From Vreelandella aquamarina (GTDB taxonomy: Bacteria > Pseudomonadota > Gammaproteobacteria > Pseudomonadales > Halomonadaceae): a DNA stretch of 24,000 nucleotides. Under the pieces are notes generated by a model, which was not told where the DNA came from, searched no databases, and saw only the letters and a list, made by a program, of their open reading frames with translations. Each line of letters starts with the position of its first letter. Position 1 is the first letter of the stretch. The DNA lies in contig NZ_FODB01000019.1 of the NCBI RefSeq assembly GCF_900110265.1, positions 5,079-29,078 of the forward strand, in the 5' to 3' direction. The translations under genes and the position numbers were made by a program. Shown here piece by piece: positions 16,961-24,000 of this stretch.

Positions 16961-18019
16961 TTACTTCAAGTCGTCGGGTACTAGGCTGCTGACACTCTCT
17001 TCATCCGCTGCAGCAACAAGCTGCTCGCGAAAAAATTCGATTGCGGCCAAAGCATCAACATCGCGGTTAGCTGAGACAGATTCAGCCCATTCGGCGATCA
17101 TGTCGTCACTCATAGTTTGCAGCGTGTTGAGGTCATCGCTACCGAGCTCAGTAAAGGTATGGCCGAGTTCCTCTGCAAACTCGACGCCACGCCCATCAGA
17201 TACATCCATCATGTAGCCGAATAAACGGGACAAACGTTCACCAGAAACTGACTCAACGGCTTCTCGATCTTCGGGTGACATTTCATCCCAGATCATGGGG
17301 TTAACAACAATGGTGAAACTACCCCGGTAAAAGCCGCCATCTACTTTAAGGGTGTAGGGAAAAATCTCGGCGACGCGGAAGCTACGAAGCCCCTCAGGCA
17401 CTAGCATGGCGCCATCTATGACCCCTTGGGAACCCGCTTCATAAACCCCTGTAGGCGGTAAAGCAACGCCGGTCAGCCCCAGGGCGTTAGAGAGGTCGCC
17501 CATCACACCACCGCCAACGCGAATGCGTTTGCCTTCAAGATCGTCTAACGTTTCGTACTGTTCACTGCTGAAGATCCAGCCGGGGCCATGGACACCAGCA
17601 GCTACAACATCAACACCACGGTGTTCACCAGCGGCTGCCAAGAACTCTTGGTGTGTGCGCCAATAGGCACTAGATGCGTTTTCTGATGAGAACTCCTGAA
17701 AGGTGGGGAATTCCGGAAGTTTGGTTAGTTGAAAGCGGCCCGTGTTATAGCCGTGAAAAACCCACGTCGCATCAGCGATGCCATCGGCGACCATTTCCAT
17801 CTGAGAAGCAGGGGGTCCCATATCGTGTATCACATCTACCGTTACACGGCCTTCCGTCGCTTCCTCAATCCACGCTTTCCACGTTGGCCATACCATGGTG
17901 TTGATGCCGTGATTGGGGCCAGCCCAGGTACTCACAGTAATTGTTGTCTGCGCCAAAGTAGTGGTACTTAACGTCGCGGCGGCGATAGCGCCGATCATCA
18001 GGTTTGTTGTTTTGTTCAT
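16961..18019 (-). CDS. TRAP transporter periplasmic substrate-binding protein (DctP-type); ligand unknown
   Basis: The 352-aa protein has the signal peptide MNKTTNLMIGAIAAATLSTTTLAQT. It is the first gene of a P-Q-M operon. The RBS GAGGAAAG lies upstream of the ATG on the - strand. Confidence 0.85.
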   Translation of the reverse strand: MNKTTNLMIGAIAAATLSTTTLAQTTITVSTWAGPNHGINTMVWPTWKAWIEEATEGRVTVDVIHDMGPPASQMEMVADGIADATWVFHGYNTGRFQLTKLPEFPTFQEFSSENASSAYWRTHQEFLAAAGEHRGVDVVAAGVHGPGWIFSSEQYETLDDLEGKRIRVGGGVMGDLSNALGLTGVALPPTGVYEAGSQGVIDGAMLVPEGLRSFRVAEIFPYTLKVDGGFYRGSFTIVVNPMIWDEMSPEDREAVESVSGERLSRLFGYMMDVSDGRGVEFAEELGHTFTELGSDDLNTLQTMSDDMIAEWAESVSANRDVDALAAIEFFREQLVAAADEESVSSLVPDDLK

Positions 18020-18164
18020 TTTACTTTCCTCTGGTCGTCACAAATTGAGTGAAGAGCTAGTCGTTATTTTTGGATGATATTGGTAAGCCATACGTCCTGG
18101 TGATGCTCAGTGCGTGAGAGCGATGGGTAGCCATTCACCGCGCAAAACGTGATACTTTATTTTT

Positions 18165-18179
18165 TAATATTCAATATTA
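18165..18179. promoter_or_regulatory. Perfect 7-1-7 palindrome TAATATT-C-AATATTA in the AT-rich region upstream of the TRAP operon; candidate operator
   Basis: The palindrome is read directly in the sequence. It lies about 150 nt upstream of the dctP-like start (- strand), within a 475-bp AT-rich intergenic region. Confidence 0.3.
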
Positions 18180-18494
18180 TATGAATCATTTTATTTATCA
18201 CAATGCCTGCAGACACGTGGATCGTGCAACGACCCATCGACTAATAGATTATTATACTTAAGTACAAAACCCTGATATATTTTTAAATTTCAACGACTTA
18301 TTTTTATATAAATCTTATCGAAAGAGCTAACGAGGATGCTTTTGTGTGGCATACCAACAAGTATTTTGTTACATAAATTTTATTCTTCGACACTCAATTA
18401 ACACGTGATTTACGATGTATAGCGTGATGTCCGGCATACTATAGGCGACCTAGGCTTGGCTTTTCTGTATCTGTTTCTGTGCTTATGCCTGCGC

Positions 18495-18983
18495 CTACCC
18501 TATCCTCTCCAACTGCCGTTCAAGTTTGCGCATGATGTTAAGCAAATCTCGGTACTCACCAACACTCAGGGTCGACACCAGATCAGCCTCCCACGCCTGA
18601 GCTTCTGGCACTAACTTATTGAGCAGCTCTTGCCCAGCTTCCGTCAGTTTCAAATCATGCAGCCGCTGGTCGTGTTGCGATGGTGTACGGTTGATCAATC
18701 CGCGCTCTTCTAGCGACTGTATAGCTCGAGATACTCGCGCCTTATCCATGTTGGTATACGCACAGACCTTCTTAGCGGTTAAATCATCACAGTGGCTAAG
18801 CCAAGCAAGAACACGCCACTGGGCTATGTTGAGCTGATAGGATTCGGCATACAGTTTCTCTAACGCTTGGCTGATTCGGTCAGCTAGTCGATTGAGCTGA
18901 TAGGGCAAAAATTGGTTGAGATCTAGCTCAACTCTGGGTGAAGAAGCCAGAGTGATATCACCTTCTGCTTTATCCATCGTCAT
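18495..18983 (-). CDS. MarR-family transcriptional regulator
   Basis: The winged-helix MarR pattern is present: NIAQWRVLAWLSHCDDLTAKKVCAYTNMDKARVSRAIQSLEERGLINR. The ORF track extends to 19028, but the ATG at 18983 (MTMDKAEG...) is preceded on the - strand by AGGAGAAATATA. Confidence 0.8.
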   Translation of the reverse strand: MTMDKAEGDITLASSPRVELDLNQFLPYQLNRLADRISQALEKLYAESYQLNIAQWRVLAWLSHCDDLTAKKVCAYTNMDKARVSRAIQSLEERGLINRTPSQHDQRLHDLKLTEAGQELLNKLVPEAQAWEADLVSTLSVGEYRDLLNIMRKLERQLERIG

Positions 18984-19511
18984 TATATTTCTCCTAGAAC
19001 CATCATTTATTAGGGGCGATGATGACAAAAAGCAGCACGATAGCTGGGAATATGGGTACCAGCAACGCGTGTATCATATTGACCACCTCAAGAAAGAGAA
19101 CCTCCTAAACTCCTTCTAGCTCGCTACTTAATGCCCCCTCAATACTCAAGGGCGCCATCAGATGTATGTTGCCTCCTATCTGGGTTCCAGGAGCCGGTAA
19201 ATTAGAAGAAACCTCAAGCGTGCTGTGGACATCATCAGCATTTGAATTAACGGGTTGGCATGGCACCTATCATGGTTATAAACACTGCCGCCCAATTGTC
19301 TCACGTGCAACCATTTTTCCAATCACAATCATTAGACCTAGGTATTATCCTGCAATAATTTACTGATATATCGGCATTAATTCCCCAACCGTGCGTAAAA
19401 TAGCTTATCTCGGACACGAGACACTGGACATTTAGTCTCACAAGAAACTATCATTCTGAAGAACAATAATACAATAAATAGCTAAATCATCCTGATAGCA
19501 CTGGAGTTACC

Positions 19512-20480
19512 ATGAGTAAGAAATTCGCGTCCCATGCCGATATCGAAGAGAAGCAGATTAGTTTCACCAAGCTGGCAGAGGGACTCTATGCTTATACCGC
19601 TGAAGGGGACCCCAACACGGGAATTGTGATTGGCGATGACAGCGTGATGGTTATCGATACCCAAGCAACACCGATCATGGCTCAGGACGTCATCCGCCGT
19701 ATCCGCGAGGTAACTGACCTACCGATTAAGCATGTGGTAATGACCCATTACCACGCCGTACGTGTGCTTGGGGCTTCTGCATACGAGGCAGAGAATATTT
19801 ATGCTAGTCAGAACACCTACGACCTAATCGTAGAGCGTGGCCAGCAAGATTATGAGTCTGAGGTTGGCCGCTTCCCACGTCTATTTAAGGGTGTGGATTC
19901 CGTGCCTGGATTAACTTGGCCAAACATCGTCTTCCAAGAAAAGATGACGGTATTCATGGGGGAACGTGAGGTACAGATCATTCACCTAGGCCGCGGACAT
20001 ACCAAAGGTGACACCATCGTTTGGCTGCCAAAGGAAAAAGTGATGTTTTCCGGTGACCTCGTTGAGTATGGGGCCACACCTTACACTGGGGATGCTTACC
20101 ATGAGGACTGGCCCGCCACGCTTGATCGCCTTCAGGCCATGCAACCTCAAAAGCTGGTGCCCGGCCGTGGTGATGCACTGCAAACTGCGGAGCAGTGTAT
20201 GGAAGCGGTTCAAGGCACCCGTGATTTCTTGAATGATATGTATGGAAATGTCAAAGCAGGTAAGGCGGCCGGAAAATCTCTTTCTGAATGCTATGCCGAT
20301 ACCTACGCGGTACTCAAGCCGAAGTATGGACATTGGGTCATTTTTGATCACTGCGTACCTTTCGACATTACTCGCTGCTACGACGAAGCAGGCGGCGAAT
20401 ACCCTGATCCCCGTATTTGGACAGCAGAGCGTGATACGGCTATGTGGCATTCGCTTCAGGATGCCGTCGAGAATCAGTAA
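19512..20480 (+). CDS. Metallo-beta-lactamase-fold protein of unknown specificity, with a non-canonical motif 2
   Basis: The 322-aa protein has an MBL-like motif order: VMVIDT, then VMTHYHAVRVLG (where HxHxDH would be expected), then HLGRGHTKGD, then FSGDLVEYG. The RBS is GGAG at 19503-19506. It is the first gene of the operon that contains hmgA. Confidence 0.75.
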   Translation: MSKKFASHADIEEKQISFTKLAEGLYAYTAEGDPNTGIVIGDDSVMVIDTQATPIMAQDVIRRIREVTDLPIKHVVMTHYHAVRVLGASAYEAENIYASQNTYDLIVERGQQDYESEVGRFPRLFKGVDSVPGLTWPNIVFQEKMTVFMGEREVQIIHLGRGHTKGDTIVWLPKEKVMFSGDLVEYGATPYTGDAYHEDWPATLDRLQAMQPQKLVPGRGDALQTAEQCMEAVQGTRDFLNDMYGNVKAGKAAGKSLSECYADTYAVLKPKYGHWVIFDHCVPFDITRCYDEAGGEYPDPRIWTAERDTAMWHSLQDAVENQ

Positions 20481-20517
20481 GTGCCTTATTAGTTTAGTGA
20501 CGTCCACTGATCATGCC

Positions 20518-20547
20518 CAGCTGTCGGATGTCATGCATCCGACACTG
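20518..20547 (+). other. Intercistronic stem-loop between the MBL-fold gene and the monooxygenase gene
   Basis: TGTCGGATG (20522-20530) and CATCCGACA (20536-20544) form a perfect 9-bp stem with the loop TCATG. The stem extends through CAG/CTG with one bulged C. No T-run follows. The monooxygenase RBS (GGGGAG, 20550-20555) lies immediately 3' of the stem. Confidence 0.4.
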
Positions 20548-20561
20548 CAGGGGAGCAATAG

Positions 20562-22301
20562 ATGCCAACAACCTATAAAAATCCAATCTATCCTTACCGA
20601 CGTCCGCCTGAACTTGATGCTCAAGGCGTTTGCCATTATTCGGTTATCATTGTCGGTGCCGGACCCAGCGGCCTCGCCGCCGCCATTGATTTGGCCCAAC
20701 AAGGTGTTAGCACGGTTGTCTTAGATGATAACAACACCGTTAGTGTAGGGTCACGAGCGCTATGTTTTGCTAAGCGCTCGCTAGAAATCGTTGACCGCTT
20801 GGGTTGTGTGGAGCCGATGCTCGAAAAAGGCGTCACGTGGCAGCACGGTCGCGTTTTCTTTCAAGACCGTGAAGTCTACGACTTCAATCTGCTGCCAGAA
20901 GACGGCCACCGCATTCCCGCCTTTATTAACTTGCAGCAATATTACTTTGAAGAGTTTCTGGTTAACCGCGCTCACGACTTTCCAAAGCACATTGATCTTC
21001 GTTGGAAACACAACGTCATCGGCGTCGATGCTCAGCCTGAAAGCACCGCTATAAAGGTTTCAACTCAGGATGGTGATTACCAGCTGACCTGTGACTATCT
21101 GCTTGTCTCAGATGGTGCAAACAGTCGAATCCGCGACATGCTGGGCCTTGAGTGCAAAGGCCAAGTGTTTCAGGACCGCTTCCTGATAGCAGATGTGGTT
21201 ATGAAAGCAGATTTTCCGACAGAGCGCTGGTTCTGGTTTGATCCCCCCTTCCATCCCAATCAATCGGTGCTGCTGCACAAAGAACCGGACAATGTTTGGC
21301 GTATCGACTTCCAGTTAGGCTGGGATGCAGACCCAGAAGAAGAAAAGAAAGAAGAGAACATTCGTCCAAGAGTGCAGGCAATGCTTGGCAAAGATGTGGA
21401 GTTTGAGCTTGAGTGGGCCAGTGTCTATACCTTCCGCTGCCGCAAGATGGATAATTTTATTCATCATCGCGTGATATTTATGGGTGACGCGGCCCATCAG
21501 GTATCCCCCTTTGGGGCCAGGGGAGCCAACGGTGCCTTGCAAGGCGTAGATAACTTAGTGTGGAAACTTGCTCGCGTTCTCCAAAAGCAGGCACCAAAGG
21601 AGCTTTTGTCCACATACAACACTGAGCGCCAGCATGGTGCGGCAGAAAACCTCCTTAACTCGACACGTGCCACTGACTTTATCACTCCAAAGAGTCACGT
21701 CAGCCAAGTGTTCCGAGATGTAACGCTAGAGCTGGCTGAAAAACATGCCTTCGCACGTAGTCTAGTCAACAGCGGTCGCCTTTCCATGCCCTGTCGCTAT
21801 GACAACTCTCCACTTAATACGCCCGATGTTGATGGTGGCCCAAGCGAGTTGCGCCCTGGCAGCCCGGCGAAGGACGCGCCCATTCGCTTGGAAGAAGAGC
21901 ACGCTTGGTTACTCAATCAATTTGGCAATGGCTTTGTGTTGTTATTTGATGGTCGTATTGGTGATAGGCATGCCGACACACTTACCTCGCTTTTGAAAGA
22001 GTTGAGTGAGTTGCTAGACCATCGCACTAATTTAAGCATAGTGGTCGTTGGTCCAGCATCGGATGAGTTTAGCGTTCTACCGCGAACGACCGTCATAGAT
22101 GATACTGAAGGGCTAGTGACGCAACGATACGACCTGAAAGCAGGCTCCGGATATCTTATTCGACCTGACCAACACGTTGCTGCTCGTTGGCACGCTATCA
22201 CTGTTCACAAGATAAATGATGCTTTAGATCGCACCCTAGGCGTTCATCTTGCGGGTACCGCTGACTCTGCCAACCAGGAGCGCTGCCATGCCCAGGCTTG
22301 A
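20562..22301 (+). CDS. Class-A FAD-dependent aromatic monooxygenase (PheA/TfdB/MhpA-like, with a C-terminal extension); candidate large subunit of an MhaA-type hydroxyphenylacetate hydroxylase (homogentisate synthase)
   Basis: The 579-aa protein has the dinucleotide-binding motif IIVGAGPSGLAAAIDLAQQG, the DG motif LLVSDGANSRIR and the GD motif FMGDAAHQVSPFGARGANGALQGVDNL. It sits directly upstream of an overlapping small ORF and of hmgA. Confidence 0.85.
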   Translation: MPTTYKNPIYPYRRPPELDAQGVCHYSVIIVGAGPSGLAAAIDLAQQGVSTVVLDDNNTVSVGSRALCFAKRSLEIVDRLGCVEPMLEKGVTWQHGRVFFQDREVYDFNLLPEDGHRIPAFINLQQYYFEEFLVNRAHDFPKHIDLRWKHNVIGVDAQPESTAIKVSTQDGDYQLTCDYLLVSDGANSRIRDMLGLECKGQVFQDRFLIADVVMKADFPTERWFWFDPPFHPNQSVLLHKEPDNVWRIDFQLGWDADPEEEKKEENIRPRVQAMLGKDVEFELEWASVYTFRCRKMDNFIHHRVIFMGDAAHQVSPFGARGANGALQGVDNLVWKLARVLQKQAPKELLSTYNTERQHGAAENLLNSTRATDFITPKSHVSQVFRDVTLELAEKHAFARSLVNSGRLSMPCRYDNSPLNTPDVDGGPSELRPGSPAKDAPIRLEEEHAWLLNQFGNGFVLLFDGRIGDRHADTLTSLLKELSELLDHRTNLSIVVVGPASDEFSVLPRTTVIDDTEGLVTQRYDLKAGSGYLIRPDQHVAARWHAITVHKINDALDRTLGVHLAGTADSANQERCHAQA

Positions 22302-22488
22302 ACTTAACCCGAATTTTACTGACCCGGACGCCTTTTACGCTGCGCTCACGGCGCTACATCGCAACCGTAGCGAGGCAGAGAGCGAGCGCATCAATGCCCG
22401 TCTTATCTTGTTACTTGCCAACCACATCGGTGATCAAGCAGTGCTTGAAGAAGCGATTGCCCAATCAGTTGGTGATGTCGATAAATAA
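22288..22488 (+). CDS. Small (66 aa) protein overlapping the monooxygenase stop; candidate MhaB-type coupling component (I recall this sequence type as DUF2783-like)
   Basis: The ORF track gives 22249..22488 from a TTG. The ATG at 22288 is preceded by AGGAG at 22276-22280 and overlaps the upstream stop (22299-22301) by 14 nt. The sequence MPRLELNPNFTDPDAFYAALT...NARLILLLANHIGD resembles small proteins that I recall being encoded next to such monooxygenases. This has not been verified by a search. Confidence 0.6.
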   Translation: MPRLELNPNFTDPDAFYAALTALHRNRSEAESERINARLILLLANHIGDQAVLEEAIAQSVGDVDK

Positions 22489-22538
22489 CCGCGCCATAAA
22501 CTTATCAAAATAACATTCAAATAAAGCAGGTCTTAACA

Positions 22539-23846
22539 ATGACTGAACAATTGAAGTATCAAAATGGCTTTCATAATCACTTTTCAACCGAAGCTTTGCC
22601 AGGGGCACTGCCGGTTGGGCAAAACTCACCTCAGAAGTGTGCTTACGGTTTATATGCAGAGCAACTCACCGGCTCCGCATTCACAGCGCCCCGCCATCAA
22701 AACTTTCGTAGCTGGCTTTATCGCATTCGCCCTTCTGTCGTACAGAGTGCTTATCAGCCACTAGAAAATAGTAACGTTCACACAGCCCCGCTAGACAAAC
22801 CAGCGGCGGACCCTAACCAAATGCGCTGGGACCCGGTTGCAATTCCTAATGAACCAACTGATTTTATCGATGGTTTGTTTACTATCGCTGTAAACGGAGA
22901 CGCTGCGACCCAAGCGGGTGTGGGTGTGCATGTCTACACCTTTAATGAAGACATGACGGATCGGTTTTTCTATAACGCTGATGGAGAACTGCTCTTCGTG
23001 CCGCAAATGGGTGCTATTCGCCTGCGCACCGAATTTGGTGACATCGAAATCGATAACGGTGAAATTGCCGTCATTCCTCGCGGTGTGAAATTCCAAGTGC
23101 GTAAGGCTCGGGGTGTTGAAGCGGCGCGTGGTTATATGTGCGAGAACTATGGTAGCCCCTTAGAGCTGCCCAGCCTCGGGCCCATTGGGGCTAACGGTTT
23201 AGCAAACCCACGTGACTTCCAAAGCCCCGTGGCAGCCTATGAAGACCTGGAAGGAGACTACCGCTTGGTAGCGAAGTTCTCAGGCCGTTTCTGGGAGACT
23301 AAACTAAACCACTCACCATTAGATGTAGTGGCGTGGCACGGCAACTACGCGCCGTATAAATATAACCTCGCTAATTTTAACACCATCAATACGGTTAGCT
23401 TCGACCATCCAGACCCGTCAATCTTTACCGTATTGACGTCACCCTCCGATACACCGGGAATGGCGAATCTTGATTTTGTGATCTTCCCGCCACGCTGGAT
23501 GGTCGCTGAAAACACCTTTAGGCCGCCCTGGTTCCATCGCAACCTGATGAGCGAGTTCATGGGACTGATCCATGGCGAGTATGACGCCAAAGCAGAAGGT
23601 TTCACCCCTGGCGGTGCCAGTCTACATAACTCCATGTCGCCCCATGGCCCGGATGCAGAGACATTTGCGAAAGCTTCTAACGCAGAGCTGAAGCCCCAGT
23701 TCCTAGGCGATACCCTGGCCTTTATGTTTGAAAGCCGCTACTGCTTCCACCCAACACCTGCAGCCCTGAATGCCGACTTCCGCCAGCGTGACTATGTGGA
23801 TGTTTGGTCGACACTGCGTTCTCATTTCGACCCAAACCAGCCCTAA
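22539..23846 (+). CDS. hmgA: Homogentisate 1,2-dioxygenase
   Basis: The 435-aa protein shows hallmark HmgA sequence: [76 protein letters not shown] and SLHN.MSPHGPD. Confidence 0.95.
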   Translation: MTEQLKYQNGFHNHFSTEALPGALPVGQNSPQKCAYGLYAEQLTGSAFTAPRHQNFRSWLYRIRPSVVQSAYQPLENSNVHTAPLDKPAADPNQMRWDPVAIPNEPTDFIDGLFTIAVNGDAATQAGVGVHVYTFNEDMTDRFFYNADGELLFVPQMGAIRLRTEFGDIEIDNGEIAVIPRGVKFQVRKARGVEAARGYMCENYGSPLELPSLGPIGANGLANPRDFQSPVAAYEDLEGDYRLVAKFSGRFWETKLNHSPLDVVAWHGNYAPYKYNLANFNTINTVSFDHPDPSIFTVLTSPSDTPGMANLDFVIFPPRWMVAENTFRPPWFHRNLMSEFMGLIHGEYDAKAEGFTPGGASLHNSMSPHGPDAETFAKASNAELKPQFLGDTLAFMFESRYCFHPTPAALNADFRQRDYVDVWSTLRSHFDPNQP

Positions 23847-23882
23847 AACCTATATCACCCTGACGACAAGGATTAAATCGCC

Positions 23883-24000
23883 ATGAAACTTGCAACACTT
23901 AAGAAGGGCCGCGATGGAGAGCTCATCATCGTCTCCCGCGACCTAACGCACGCTGTCGGCGTTACTGATATTGCTTCTACACTTCAAGCAGCCATTGAGA
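23883..24000 (+). CDS. Fumarylacetoacetate hydrolase (FAH) family protein, 5' end only, truncated by the window edge
   Basis: The N-terminus MKLATLKKGRDGELIIVSRDLTHAV is typical of bacterial FAH-family fumarylacetoacetases encoded next to hmgA. The RBS is AAGGA at 23869-23873. Only 39 codons are visible. Confidence 0.7.
   Translation, partial: MKLATLKKGRDGELIIVSRDLTHAVGVTDIASTLQAAIE

Noticed and set aside
18121-18239. An 8-bp long-range inverted repeat, CGATGGGT (18121-18128) and ACCCATCG (18232-18239), flanks the AT-rich palindrome
   Set aside because: The arms are short and separated by about 100 nt. This is compatible with chance, and no supporting structure such as IS ends or target duplications is present.
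18272-18280. The 9-mer CTGATATAT is shared between the two intergenic regions flanking marR (18272-18280 and 19363-19371) and could be a common MarR operator half-site
   Set aside because: Two AT-rich regions of about 480 bp each are expected to share about one or more 9-mers by chance. The rough estimate is 480 x 480 x 2 / 4^9, which is about 1.8 even before allowing for AT bias. On its own this is not significant.
19166-19366. A 66-aa ORF in the marR-MBL spacer
   Set aside because: It has no Shine-Dalgarno sequence, an odd composition (multiple Trp, His, Cys and Pro; YYPAIIY tail) and no recognisable family. It is retained only as part of the unexplained-spacer finding.
1-24000. CRISPR arrays, tRNA/rRNA genes and defence-system-like gene sets
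   Set aside because: No regularly spaced repeat-spacer structure, no tRNA-like or rRNA-like sequence and no nuclease/ATPase/methylase-type ORFs were seen. All large ORFs are accounted for by catabolic, transport or regulatory functions.

Overview
This window looks like a gammaproteobacterial aromatic-acid catabolic region; a Halomonadaceae/Oceanospirillales origin is a low-confidence guess from protein similarity and composition. From left to right on the + strand it carries a nearly complete phenylacetate (paa) catabolon: paaF (3' end only), paaG, paaH, paaI, paaJ, paaK, then paaABCDE and paaZ. A TRAP transporter operon (dctPQM-type) converges on it from the - strand, followed by a MarR-family regulator on the - strand. 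Diverging from the regulator is a + strand operon encoding an MBL-fold protein, a class-A FAD monooxygenase, an overlapping 66-aa ORF, homogentisate 1,2-dioxygenase (hmgA), and the start of a fumarylacetoacetate-hydrolase-family gene. The most unusual structure is a full-length, signal-peptide-bearing penicillin G acylase (pac) gene between paaK and paaA. It is bracketed by a direct repeat that is a duplicated paaK 3' end: 5521-5681 and 8491-8651 differ at only 2 positions. The right-hand copy is a decaying paaK fragment that keeps the strong terminator, and the insert is visibly more AT-rich than the paa genes. Secondary observations are listed below. (1) The hmgA-linked operon resembles the two-component MhaAB homogentisate synthase but has an extra MBL-fold gene with a degenerate metal motif. 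(2) Several short tandem or inverted repeat sets lie in the paa intergenic regions and are candidate operators. (3) paaC contains in-frame 15-nt repeats. (4) There are two unusually long intergenic regions of about 475-530 bp. I saw no tRNA or rRNA genes, CRISPR arrays, transposases or IS ends. All functional calls come from by-eye recognition of the translated ORFs and of the nucleotide sequence; no database search was run.
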